Positions 1 to 11,716 of a stretch of 39,827 nucleotides of DNA are shown piece by piece (within the stretch, counting starts at the first letter, position 1; each line of letters opens with the position of its first letter). The DNA is taken from assembly GCF_032444005.1 (NCBI RefSeq), contig NC_091285.1:12834001-12873827 (forward strand), read 5' to 3'. Position numbers and translations under genes: made by a program. Origin of the DNA: Ranitomeya imitator (taxonomy: Eukaryota). The notes beneath the pieces were generated by a model that had not been told where the DNA came from, ran no database searches, and worked only from the letters and a program-made list of their open reading frames with translations.

Positions 1-1104
1 AGGTTGCCTTTCCTGAGCTTCTATCTTCAGGCTCTCATTAAATTGTGGTTAAATGGAACAACTGCATTTGGCGTACTAGTTGGTTTGGGGCCTACTATCG
101 GTGTCTGCCACTCCTTGCTGTTCTCCTCCACTGAACAAAGCTGTGCCGCCTGTTTACTACGGTTGCCAATTTTGAACTGCATTTCGACTACTTACTGATT
201 TGGCCCTACTCTCTGTGTCAGCCTCTCATTCCAGTTGTCCTCCACTGCAATGCCCCCTGGTTATTCCTGTGTTACCAATTTTGAACTGCATTTAGCCCAC
301 TTTCTTCTTTGGGCCTATATCTGTGTTTCCACTTCATCGTGCCCATTGCCCAGCCAGTGATAGATGAGTCTGCTGGTACATTGACCCATAACGCAACATT
401 CCCCGTGCACGCTACACAACAACATTGTGACCCTGCTGAAAGTCAGGTTGCTCTTCCCGCATACCATACCACCTTACACGGGGACAAAGAGGAAGGTGCA
501 GATGAAAGTGCAGGTTCCTTCATCAGGTGGGGGGAGGAATACTAGTTGGCGACGTCACTGGCACAGGGCCTCTCATAGTACGCAAAAGTGTTGCTGCCGG
601 TGGGAGGCGCCCCCGCCGTGCAAACACACCGCTGTACTTTGAGGGGCCCTGTGCCAGTGCCAATGCCAACGAGTGGGCCCCCCCTGCTTGCTCAGGTTCA
701 CAGCACTTGCAAAGTTGAAATACTTACCTCTCCCTGCTCCACTGCCGTGACGTGGTCCAGATTTCCTGGGCCCACTAATTACTTGAACCAGCCCTACCCC
801 CCACAACTTTAGCCAAATGACCCCCAATTTCAAATGCCTTCCAATTATTATAAGGTAAATTACGCTTGACAAGCTTCATTAAGAAGAATGGATGGTTTTG
901 ACATTAAAATGGCCACTCTAGGTGTTTTCCTGGCCCCCACTCACTGCCGACTATGCTGCCCCATTGACTTGCATTGGGTTTCGTGTTTCGGTCGATCCCG
1001 ACTTTACGTCATAATCGGCCGATTTCACTCGACCCGACTTTGGACATAGTCGGGTTTCGCAAAACCCGGCTCGACTCTAAAAAGGTCAAGGTCGCTCAAC
1101 TCTA
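1..1104. mobile_element. One end of a hAT-like DNA transposon; the other end is outside the window
   Basis: The terminus reads TAGAGTTGAGCGAC on the minus strand, fitting the hAT YARNG terminal consensus. Clustered subterminal CCCGACT/AGTCGGG motifs lie at about 990-1075, and there is an abrupt junction with the satellite at 1105. No transposase motif was recognised and the second TIR/TSD is not visible. Confidence 0.55.
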
Positions 1105-4100
1105 GTTCTCAGTCCTGGAACCAGAGGGCGACATGGGACTAATGGAGGGAGCAGTTCTCAATCCTGAAACCAGAGGGCGACATGAGACTAATGGAGGGAG
1201 CAGTTCTCAGTCCTGACACCAGAGGGCGACATGAGACTAATGGAGGGAGCAGTTCTCAGTCCTGGAACCAGAGGGCGACATGAGACTAATGGAGGGAGCA
1301 GTTCTCAGTCCTGACACCAGAGGGCGACATGGGACTAATGGAGGGAGCAGTTCTCAGTCCTGACACCAGAGGGCAGACATGAAACTAATGGAGGGAGCAG
1401 TTCTCAGTCCTGACACCAGAGGGCGACATGAGACTAATGGAGGGAGCAGTTCTCAGTCCTGACACCAGAGGGCGACATGGGACTAATGGAGGGAGCAGTT
1501 CTCAGTCCTGGCACCAGAGGGCAGACATGGGACTAATGGAGGGAGCAGTTCTCAGTCCTGACACCAAAGGGGAGACATGGGACTAATGGAGGGAGCAGTT
1601 CTCAGTCCTGACACCAGAGGGCAGACATGGGACTAATGGAGGGAGCAGTTCTCAGTCCTGACACCAGAGGGCGACATGAGACTAATGGAGGGAGCAGTTC
1701 TCAGTCCTGACACCAGAGGGCGACATGGGACTAATGGAGGGAGCAGTTCTCAGTCCTGGCACCAGAGGGCAGACATGAGACTAATGGAGGGAGCAGTTCT
1801 CAGTCCTGACACCAGAGGGCGACATGAGACTAATGGAGGGAGCAGTTCTCAGTCCTGACACCAGAGGGCAACATGAGACTAATGGAGGGAGCAGTTCTCA
1901 GTCCTGACACCAGAGGGCGACATGAGACTAATGGAGGGAGCAGTTCTCAGTCCTGACACCAGAGGGCAACATGAGACTAATGGAGGGAGCAGTTCTCAGT
2001 CCTGACACCAGAGGGCGACATGGGACTAATGGAGGGAGCAGTTCTCAGTCCTGACACCAGAGGGCGACATGGGGCTAATGGAGGGAGCAGTTCTCAGTCC
2101 TGACACCAGAGGGCAGACATGAGACTAATGGAGGGAGCAGTTCTCAGTCCTGACACCAGAGGGCAGACATGGGACTAATGGAGGGAGCAGTTCTCAGTCC
2201 TGGAACCAGAGGGCGACATGGGACTAATGGAGGGAGCAGTTCTCAGTCCTGACACCAGAGGGCAGACATGAGACTAATGGAGGGAGCAGTTCTCAGTCCT
2301 GACACCAGAGGGCAGACATGGGACTAATGGAGGGAGCAGTTCTCAATCCTGAAACCAGAGGGCGACATGAGACTAATGGAGGGTGCAGTTCTCAGTCCTG
2401 ACACCAGAGGGCGACATGAGACTAATGGAGGGAGCAGTTCTCAGTCCTGGAACCAGAGGGCGACATGAGATTAATGGAGGGAGCAGTTCTCAGTCCTGAC
2501 ACCAGAGGGCGACATGAGACTAATGGAGGGAGCAGTTCTCAATCCTGAAACCAGAGGGCGACATGAGACTAATGGAGGGAGCAGTTCTCAGTCCTGACAC
2601 CAGAGGGCGACATGAGACTAATGGAGGGAGCAGTTCTCAGTCCTGGAACCAGAGGGCGACATGAGACTAATGGAGGGAGCAGTTCTCAGTCCTGACACCA
2701 GAGGGCAGACATGGGACTAATGGAGGGAGCAGTTCTCAGTCCTGGAACCAGAGGGCGACATGAGACTAATGGAGGGAGCAGTTCTCAGTCCTGACACCAG
2801 AGGGCAGACATGGGACTAATGGAGGGAGCAGTTCTCAGTCCTGACACCAGAGGGCAGACATGAGACTAATGGAGGGAGCAGTTCTCAGTCCTGACACCAG
2901 AGGGCAGACATGAGACTAATGGAGGGAGCAGTTCTCAGTCCTGACACCAGAGGGCAGACATGAGACTAATGGAGGGAGCAGTTCTCAGTCCTGACACCAG
3001 AGGGCAACATGAGACTAATGGAGGGAGCAGTTCTCAGTCCTGACACCAGAGGGCAACATGAGACTAATGGAGGGAGCAGTTCTCAGTCCTGACACCAGAG
3101 GGCGACATGGGGCTAATGGAGGGAGCAGTTCTCAGTCCTGACACCAGAGGGCAGACATGAGACTAATGGAGGAAGCAGTTCTCAGTCCTGACACCAGAGG
3201 GCGACATGGGACTAATGGAGGGAGCAGTTCTCAGTCCTGACACCAAAGGGGAGACATGGGACTAATGGAGGGAGCAGTTCTCAGTCCTGGCACCAGTCCT
3301 GACATCAGAGGGCAACATGAGACTAATGGAGGGAGCAGTTTCCAGTCCTGACACCAGAGGGCAGACATGGGACTAATGGAGGGAGCAGTTCTCAGTCCTG
3401 ACACCAGTCCTGACATCAGAGGGCAACATGAGACTAATGGAGGGAGCAGTTTCCAGTCCTGACACCAGAGGGCAGACATGGGACTAATGGAGGGAGCAGT
3501 TCTCAGTCCTGACACCAGAGGGCGACATGGGACTAATGGAGGGAGCAGTTCTCAGTCCTGACACCAGAGGGCAGACATGGGACTAATGGAGGGAGCAGTT
3601 CTCAGTCCTGACACCAGAGGGCAGACATGAGACTAATGGAGGGAGCAGTTCTCAGTCCCGACACCAGAGGCCGACATGAGACTAATGGAGGGAGCAGTTC
3701 TCAGTCCTGGCACCAGAGGGCAGACATGAAACTAATGGAGGGTGCAGTTCTCAGTCCTGACACCAGAGGGCGACATGAGACTAATGGAGGGAGCAGTTCT
3801 CAGTCCTGACACCAGAGGGCGACATGGGACTAATGGAGGGAGCAGTTTTCAGTCCTGGCACCAGAGGGCAGACATGAGACTAATGGAGGGAGCAGTTCTC
3901 AGTCCTGACACCAGAGGGCGACATGGGACTAATGGAGGGAGCAGTTCTCAGTCCTGACACCAGAGGGCGACATGGGACTAATGGAGGGTGCAGTTCTCAG
4001 TCCTGACACCAGAGGGCGACATGAAACTAATGGAGGGAGCAGTTCTCAGTCCTGACACCAGAGGGCGACATGGGACTAATGGAGGGAGCAGTTCTCAGTC

Positions 4101-5056
4101 CTGACACCAGAGGGCGACATGGGACTAATGGAGGGAGCAGTTCTCAGTCCTGACACCAGAGGGCGACATGGGACTAATGGAGGGAGCAGTTCTCAGTCCT
4201 GACACCAGAGGGCGACATGGGACTAATGGAGGGAGCAGTTCTCAGTCCTGACACCAGAGGGCGACATGAAACTAATGGAGGGAGCAGTTCTCAGTCCTGA
4301 CACCAGAGGGCGACATGGGACTAATGGAGGGTGCAGTTCTCAGTCCTGACACCAGAGGGCGACATGGGACTAATGGAGGGAGCAGTTCTCAGTCCTGGCA
4401 CCAGAGGGCAGACATGAGACTAATGGAGGGAGCAGTTCTCAGTCCTGACACCAGAGGGCGACATGGGACTAATGGAGGGAGCAGTTCTCAGTCCTGACAC
4501 CAGAGGGCAGACATGGGACTAATGGAGGGAGCAGTTCTCAGTCCTGGCACCAGAGGGCAGACATGAGACTAATGGAGGGAGCAGTTCTCAGTCCTGACAC
4601 CAGAGGGCGACATGGGACTAATGGAGGGAGCAGTTCTCAGTCCTGACACCAGAGGGCAGACATGGGACTAATGGAGGGAGCAGTTCTCAGTCCTGGCACC
4701 AGAGGGCGACATGAGACTAATGGAGGGAGCAGTTCTCAGTCCTGACACCAGAGGGCAGACATGGGACTAATGGAGGGAGCAGTTCTCAGTCCTGACACCA
4801 GAGGGCGACATGGGACTAATGGAGGGAGCAGTTCTCAGTCCTGACACCAGAGGGCAGACATGGGACTAATGGAGGGAGCAGTTCTCAGTCCTGACACCAG
4901 AGGGCGACATGGGACTAATGGAGGGAGCAGTTCTCAGTCCTGACACCAGAGGGCGACATGGGACTAATGGAGGGAGCAGTTCTCAGTCCTGACACCAGAG
5001 GGCGACATGGGACTAATGGAGGGAGCAGTTCTCAGTCCTGGCACCAGAGGGCAGAC
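1105..5056. repeat. 49/50-bp minisatellite, about 80 copies, in STK38L intron 3
   Basis: Unit GTTCTCAGTCCTGACACCAGAGGGC(A)GACATG(G/A)GACTAATGGAGGGAGCA, read directly. Confidence 0.97.
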
Positions 5057-5060
5057 TCAC

Positions 5061-5112
5061 ATCATCGTCTGCCAGTCCCTCTTCGTTCATGGCGATTTCC
5101 AACTTCTTTTGC
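5061..5112 (-). CDS. STK38L: STK38L (NDR2 kinase) second coding exon, 52 nt
   Basis: Minus strand reads ttccaacag|G CAA AAG AAG TTG GAA ATC GCC ATG AAC GAA GAG GGA CTG GCA GAC GAT GAT|gtgagt, i.e. (R)QKKLEIAMNEEGLADDD, versus human STK38L RQKKLEVAMEEEGLADEE. Phase matches the previous exon. Not in the ORF track. Confidence 0.95.
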
Positions 5113-5195
5113 CTGTTGGAAAGGGAATCTCCGTTATATTCCAGCGGCTCCGGGCTATTAGCAATTTATTACATCGCAACCAGACTTCAGCTGTT

Positions 5196-5267
5196 TGCAA
5201 ACTACAATTCCCAACATGCCCTGGAAGCTTTCAGCTGTTAGAGCATGCTGGGAGTTGTAGTGCTGCA
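5196..5267. mobile_element. Short palindromic MITE-like element in the 172-bp STK38L intron 2
   Basis: Inverted arms ACTACAATTCCCAACATGC (5201-5219) and GCATGCTGGGAGTTGTAGT (5243-5261). Single arms recur at 6510, 6879, 6958 and 16159. Confidence 0.6.
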
Positions 5268-5284
5268 GGGTACGACCCCGGTAC

Positions 5285-5418
5285 CTGGTCTCGCGCTCCT
5301 CGTGCTGCAGGATCAGGTTGCTGTAGAAGGTCTCTAGAGTCAGTTTGGCCACGGTCACCCGCTCCCGGGTGTGATTACTCATGGGGAAGGCGGTGGCGTT
5401 CGTGGCGGTCATTGCCAT
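5285..5418 (-). CDS. STK38L: STK38L first coding exon, 134 nt; the exon starts at 5429 with 11 nt of 5' UTR
   Basis: Encodes MAMTATNATAFPMSNHTRERVTVAKLTLETFYSNLILQHEERET(R), versus human STK38L MAMTAGTTTTFPMSNHTRERVTVAKLTLENFYSNLILQHEERETR. Acceptor is polyT-ttttccag at 5430-5431; donor is AG|gtac at 5284. Confidence 0.96.
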
Positions 5419-5498
5419 AGTAACGAGCGCTGGAAAAGACAAAAAAAACAAAACAAAAAAGATTACGACAAGAGGAAATGTCCAGCGGGGGCACTGAA

Positions 5499-6430
5499 AG
5501 GGAGCACCCGACCCGGCAGCGGCCCACCCAAGAGGGAGCACCCGACCCAGCAGCGGCCCACCCGACCCAGCAGCGGCCCACCCAAGAGGGAGCACCCGAC
5601 CCGGCAGCGGCCCACCCAAGAGGGAGCACCCGACCCGGCAGCGGCCCACCCAAGAGGGAGCACCCGACCCGGCAGCGGCCCACCCAAGAGGGAGCACCCG
5701 ACCCGGCAGCGGCCCACCCAAGAGGGAGCACCCGACCCAGCAGCGGCCCACCCAAGAGGGAGCACCCGACCCAGCAGCGGCCCACCCGAGAGGGAGCACC
5801 CGACCCAGCAGCGGCCCACCCGACCCAGCAGCGGCCCACCCAAGAGGGAGCACCCGACCCGGCAGCGGCCCACCCAAGAGGGAGCACCCGACCCGGCAGC
5901 GGCCCACCCAAGAGGGAGCACCCGACCCGGCAGCGGCCCACCCAAGAGGGAGCACCCGACCCGGCAGCGGCCCACCCAAGAGGGAGCACCCGACCCAGCA
6001 GCGGCCCACCCAAGAGGGAGCACCCGACCCAGCAGCGGCCCACCCGAGAGGGAGCACCCGACCCAGCAGCGGCCCACCCGAGAGGGAGCACCCGACCCGG
6101 CAGCGGCCCACCCGAGAGGGAGCACCCGACCCGGCAGCGGCCCACCCAAGAGGAGGCACCCGACCCGGCAGCGGCCCACCCGAGAGGGAGCACCCGACCC
6201 GGCAGCGGCCCACCCAAGAGGGAGCACCCGACCCGGCAGCGGCCCACCCAAGAGGGAGCACCCGACCCGGCAGCGGCCCACCCAAGAGGGAGCACCCGAC
6301 CCGGCAGCGGCCCACCAGAGGAGGCACCCGACCCGGCAGCGGCCCACCCAAGAGGAGGCACCCGACCCGGCAGCGGCCCACCAGAGGGGGCACCTGACTC
6401 AACACCAGTCCACCAGAGGGGGCACCCGAC
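5499..6430. repeat. 34-bp GC-rich minisatellite, about 27 copies, in STK38L intron 1
   Basis: Unit GAGGGAGCACCCGACCC(G/A)GCAGCGGCCCACCCAA. It has no stop codon in any frame, which explains the 294-458 aa ORFs on both strands. Confidence 0.96.
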
Positions 6431-7534
6431 AAGCACAGGCCCACCAATTGCTACACTGCCTTTCTGTCAATAACCTTGGTCCTAGTACCAGAAGGTCATC
6501 CGCTGCACAACTACAACTCCCAGCATGCCCCTCTGGGGCCCCAATGCAGTGCAGATGCCCCCGCGCCCCCTCTCATAACACTATGGTAAGGGGCTGTCTA
6601 TCTCCTCCTGACTGCCAGCGACTGTTCTCTGGTATCAGCCACTGCCCACAGTGGTCCCCAAGGGTCTTTAGTTTCCGGCTCCAGGAGGAAGCCCCTGTGC
6701 CCCCTCAGAGCCGCGGTCAGGTTCTTACACCCAGGTGCGGTATGTGACAAGTCCATGTGTCCTGCGGGGGCCGCTCTACACTGTGGGGGGCAGCCACATA
6801 TAGTAAGCTGGGTGACCACCACCATGGCCGCTCTTACACAGACTGGGCTGGCAGAGCGCCCCACACTGGTGGAGTAGGACAACAACTCCCAGCATGAACC
6901 AGAGAAGACACAGTGCCCAGGAAAGTACAGGAGTCTCCCATCAGCAGCTACTGCAGGACTACAAGTCCCAGCATTGTCCTCCCACCAGACATGACGTGGC
7001 TCCGGGGGGCTTCCTCGGCCGCCCCCTCGTCTACTTTGCAGCTATTTTTAGTCATTTGATGAATAAAGTGGAAAAAGCGACCGAGAAAGGAAATCTGCAA
7101 ATCCCCAGCGGAGCGACGTAATAAGGACGGTGGGAGCAGTAATCCCCCCGTATACAGTCCCTGCCCGGACCACCCTCTGCCCCGGAATCACAGCAAGATC
7201 ACCCACAGCAAAGGAGACGGAAGACCCCGAAAGTGGCAGCAACTAGAGACACCGTAACATTCATATAAGACGCCCAGAGAGAAATGTTCCCACAGGCAGC
7301 AGCACCGGTGGGAGGGTGGGGTGGGGGGACGGGACGGCTAGGACCCCCATGTGCCTGGACCAACAGAGCGCACAGAGAAGAATGAACCAGGACCAACCCA
7401 GAACTGTGTGATCACAGCATCAACTGCTGGCCAGCGTCACAGTGTAACAGGACGGAGACCACAGAAGGAACCAGCACCCGAATATCACCGCACCTCATGT
7501 AATACAGGAGGCAGCACAATGCTAGTCATCCAAA

Positions 7535-9757
7535 TACTATAATACTGCCCTTATGTCAAATAATATAACTACTATAATACTGCCCCTATGTGCAAGATTA
7601 TAACTACTATAATACTGCCCCTATGTGCAAGAATATACCTACTATAATACTGCCCCTATGTACAAGAATATAACTACTATAATACTGTCCCTATGTACAA
7701 GAATATATCTACTATAATACTGCCCCTATGTACAAGAATATAACTACTATAACACTGCTCCTATGTACAGGAATATAACTACTATAATACTGCCCCTATG
7801 TACAAGAATATAACTACTATAATACTGTCCCTATGTACAAGAATATATCTACTATAATACTGCCCCTATGTACAAGAATATAACTACTATAACACTGCTC
7901 CTATGTACAGGAATATAACTACTATAACACTGCTCCTATGTACAAGAATATAACTACTATAATACTGCCCCTATGTACAAGAATATAACTACTATAATAC
8001 TGCTCCTATGTACAAGAATATAACTACTATAATACTGCCCCTATGTACAAGAATATAACTACTATAATACTGTACCTATGTACAAGAATATAACTACTAT
8101 AATACTGCCCCTATGTACAAGAATATAACTACTATAATACTGCCCCTATGTACAAGAATATAACTACTATAATACTGCCCCTATGTACAAGAATATAACT
8201 ACTATAATACTGCCCCTATGTACAAGAATATAACTACTATAATACTGTACCTATGTACAAGAATATATCTACTATAATACTGCCCCCTATGTGCAAGAAT
8301 ATAACTACTATAATACTGTACCTATGTACAAGAATATAACTACTATAATACTGCCCCTATGTACAAGAATATAACTACTATAATACTGCTCCTATGTACA
8401 AGAATATAACTACTATAATACTGCTCCTATGTACAAGAATATAACTACTATAATACTGCCCCTATGTACAAGAATATAACTACTATAATACTGCCCCCTA
8501 TGTACAAGAATATAACTACTATAATACTGCCCCTATGTACAAGAATATAACTACTATAATACTGCTCCTATGTACAAGAATATAACTACTATAATACTGC
8601 CCCTATGTACAAGAATATAACTACTATAATACTGTACCTATGTACAAGAATATATCTACTATAATACTGCCCCCTATGTGCAAGAATATAACTACTATAA
8701 TACTGTACCTATGTACAAGAATATAACTACTATAATACTGCCCCTATGTACAAGAATATAACTACTATAATACTGCCCCTATGTACAAGAATATAACTAC
8801 TATAATACTGCTCCTATGTACAAGAATATAACTACTATAATACTGCCCCTATGTACAAGAATATAACTACTATAATACTGCCCCCTATGTACAAGAATAT
8901 AACTACTATAATACTGCCCCTATGTACAAGAATATAACTACTATAATACTGCTCCTATGTACAAGAATATAACTACTATAATACTGCTCCTATGTACAAG
9001 AATATAACTACTATAATACTGCTCCTATATACAAGAATATAACTACTATAATACTGCTCCTATATACAAGAATATAACTACTATAATACTGCCCCCTATG
9101 TACAAGAATATAACTACTATAATACTGCCCCTATGTACAAGAATATAACTACTATAATACTGCCCCTATGTACAAGAATATAACTACTATAATACTGCCC
9201 CTATGTACAAGAATATAACTACTATAATACTGCTTCTATATACAAGAATATAACTACTATAATACTGCTCCTATGTACAAGAATATAACTACTATAATAC
9301 TGCCCCTATGTACAAGAATATAACTACTATAATACTGCTTCTATATACAAGAATATAACTACTATAATACTGCTCCTATGTACAAGAATATAACTACTAT
9401 AATACTGCCCCTATGTACAAGAATATAACTACTATAATACTGCCGTCTATGTACAAGAATATAACTACTATAATACTGCTCCTATATACAAGAATATAAC
9501 TACTATAATACTGCTCCTATGTACGAGAATATAACTACTATAATACTGCCCCCTATGTACAAGAATATAACTACTATAATACTGCCCCCTATGTACAAGA
9601 ATATAACTACTATAATACTGCCCCTATGTACAGGAATATAACTACTATAATACTGCTCCTATGTACAAAAATATAACTACTATAATACTGCCCCCTATGT
9701 ACAAGAATATAACTACTATAATACTGCCCCCTATGTACAAGAATATAACTACTATAA
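7535..9757. repeat. 35-bp AT-rich minisatellite, about 63 copies
   Basis: Unit AATACTGCCCCTATGTACAAGAATATAACTACTAT with 34-36 bp variants. Confidence 0.97.
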
Positions 9758-11552
9758 GGGTAACATAGTAACATAGTTAGTAAGGCCGAAAAAAGACATT
9801 TGTCCATCCAGTTCAGCCTATATTCCATCATAATAAATCCCCAGATCTACGTCCTTCTACAGAACCTAATAATTGTATGATACAATATTGTTCTGCTCCA
9901 GGAAGACATCCAGGCCTCTCTTGAACCCCTCGACTGAGTTCGCCATCACCACCTCCTCAGGCAAGCAATTCCAGATTCTCACTGCCCTAACAGTAAAGAA
10001 TCCTCTTCTATGTTGGTGGAAAAACCTTCTCTCCTCCAGACGCAAAGAATGCCCCCTTGTGCCCGTCACCTTCCTTGGTATAAACAGATCCTTAGCGAGA
10101 TATTTGTATTGTCCCCTTATATACTTATACATGGTTATTAGATCGCCCCTCAGTCGTCTTTTTTCTAGACTAAATAATCCTAATTTCGCTAATCTATCTG
10201 GGTATTGTAGTTCTCCCATCCCCTTTATTAATTTTGTTGCCCTCCTTTGTACTCTCTCTAGTTCCATTATATCCTTCCTGAGCACCGGTGCCCAAAACTG
10301 GACACAGTACTCCATGTGCGGTCTAACTAGGGATTTGTACAGAGGCAGTATAATGCTCTCATCATGTGTATCCAGACCTCTTTTAATGCACCCCATGATC
10401 CTGTTTGCCTTGGCAGCTGCTGCCTGGCACTGGCTGCTCCAGGTAAGTTTATCATTAACTAGGATCCCCAAGTCCTTCTCCCTGTCAGATTTACCCAGTT
10501 GTTTCCCGTTCAGTGTGTAATGGTGATATTGATTCCCTCTTCCCATGTGTATAACCTTACATTTATCATTGTTAAACCTCATCTGCCACCTTTCAGCCCA
10601 AGTTTCCAACTTATCCAGATCCATCTGTAGCAGAATACTATCTTCTCTTGTATTAACTGCTTTACATAGTTTTGTATCATCTGCAAATATCGATATTTTA
10701 CTGTGTAAACCTTCTACCAGATCATTAATGAATATGTTGAAGAGAACAGGTCCCAATACTGACCCCTGCGGTCCCCACTGGTCACAGCGACCCAGTTAGA
10801 GACTATACCATTTATAACCACCCTCTGCTTTCTATCACTAAGCCAGTTACTAACCCATTTACACACATTTTCCCCCAGACCAAGCATTCTCATTTTGTGT
10901 ACCAACCTCTTGTGCGGCACGGTATCAAACGCTTTGGAAAAATCGAGATAGACCACGTCCAATGACTCACCGTGGTCCAGTCTATAGCTTACCTCTTCAT
11001 AAAAACTGATTAGATTGGTTTGACAGGAGCGATTTCTCATAAACCCATGCTGATATGGAGTTAAACAGTTATTCTCATTGAGATAATCCAGAATAACATC
11101 CCTCAGAAACCCTTCAAATATTTTACCAACAATAGAGGTTAGACTTACTGGCCTATAATTTCCAGGTTCTCACAGTGGCATTTTCATCGCTACGACGGTA
11201 CGATCCGTGACGCTCCAGCATCGTAACAATATCGCTCCAGCGTCGTAGACTGCGGTCACACTTTGCAATGTACGACGCTGGAGCGATAATTTCATGACGT
11301 ATGTGCGATGTAGAAGCCGTTGGTTACTATGCGCACATCGTATACGATATATGTTACACCATGCGATCATGCCGCCACAGCGGGACACTAGATGACGAAA
11401 GAAAGTTTCAAACGATCTGCTACGACGTACGATTCTCAGCGGGGTCCCTGATCGCAGGAGCGTGTCAGACACAGCGAGATCGTAACTATATCGCTCGAAC
11501 GTCACGAATCGTACCGTTGTAGCGATCAAAATGCCACTGTGTGACGGTACCC
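9758..11552. mobile_element. PIF/Harbinger-like MITE, about 390 bp, interrupted by a CR1 insertion in its left TIR
   Basis: The right end ...CCACTGTGTGACGGTACCC is followed by TAA (11553-11555). The left end is split into TAA+GGGTA (9755-9762) and CTCACAGTGGCATTTT (11169 onward). Imperfect inverted arms run about 55 bp, and a 3-bp TAA duplication is typical of PIF/Harbinger. Confidence 0.7.
9763..11169 (-). mobile_element. 5'-truncated CR1-clade LINE (reverse transcriptase and C-terminal half of ORF2, 3' UTR, tail), about 1.4 kb
   Basis: RT motifs NYRPVSLTS, YLDFSKAFDTVPH, a frameshifted GVPQGSVLGP and FADDTKL, plus CR1-type C-terminal LFSLEKRRLRGDLI and TRGHSLRL. An 8-bp microsatellite tail (AACATAGT)n lies at 9763-9778. 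One frameshift near 10772. Confidence 0.93.
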
Positions 11553-11716
11553 TAACACTGCAGATGTGGAGTGGAGTTTTAGCAGACAGTGGATTGCGGT
11601 ATTACGTTATTACACCTCGCCCTCGTCTGACACCTGTGTACACAGGATGGGGCAGGGGATTGTGCTGCCTGAGAGTCACTAAAAACAGTCGTTACCTGCA
11701 GACCCCGTTATCCCAG

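Noticed and set aside
4-872. Short ORFs in the hAT-like element as a possible transposase
   Set aside because: No BED finger, DDE or hAT dimerisation motif was recognised.
1676-5161. Repeated MRLMEGAVLSPDTRG ORFs
   Set aside because: Translations of the 49/50-bp satellite, with no splice or homology support.
5158-6747. Overlapping 294-458 aa ORFs on both strands
   Set aside because: They come from a stop-free 34-bp repeat whose length is not a multiple of 3, so all frames cycle through the same peptides. Only the STK38L exon inside the 429-aa ORF is real.
9873-10799. Plus-strand 215-aa and 84-aa ORFs
   Set aside because: Antisense shadows of the CR1 reverse transcriptase frame.
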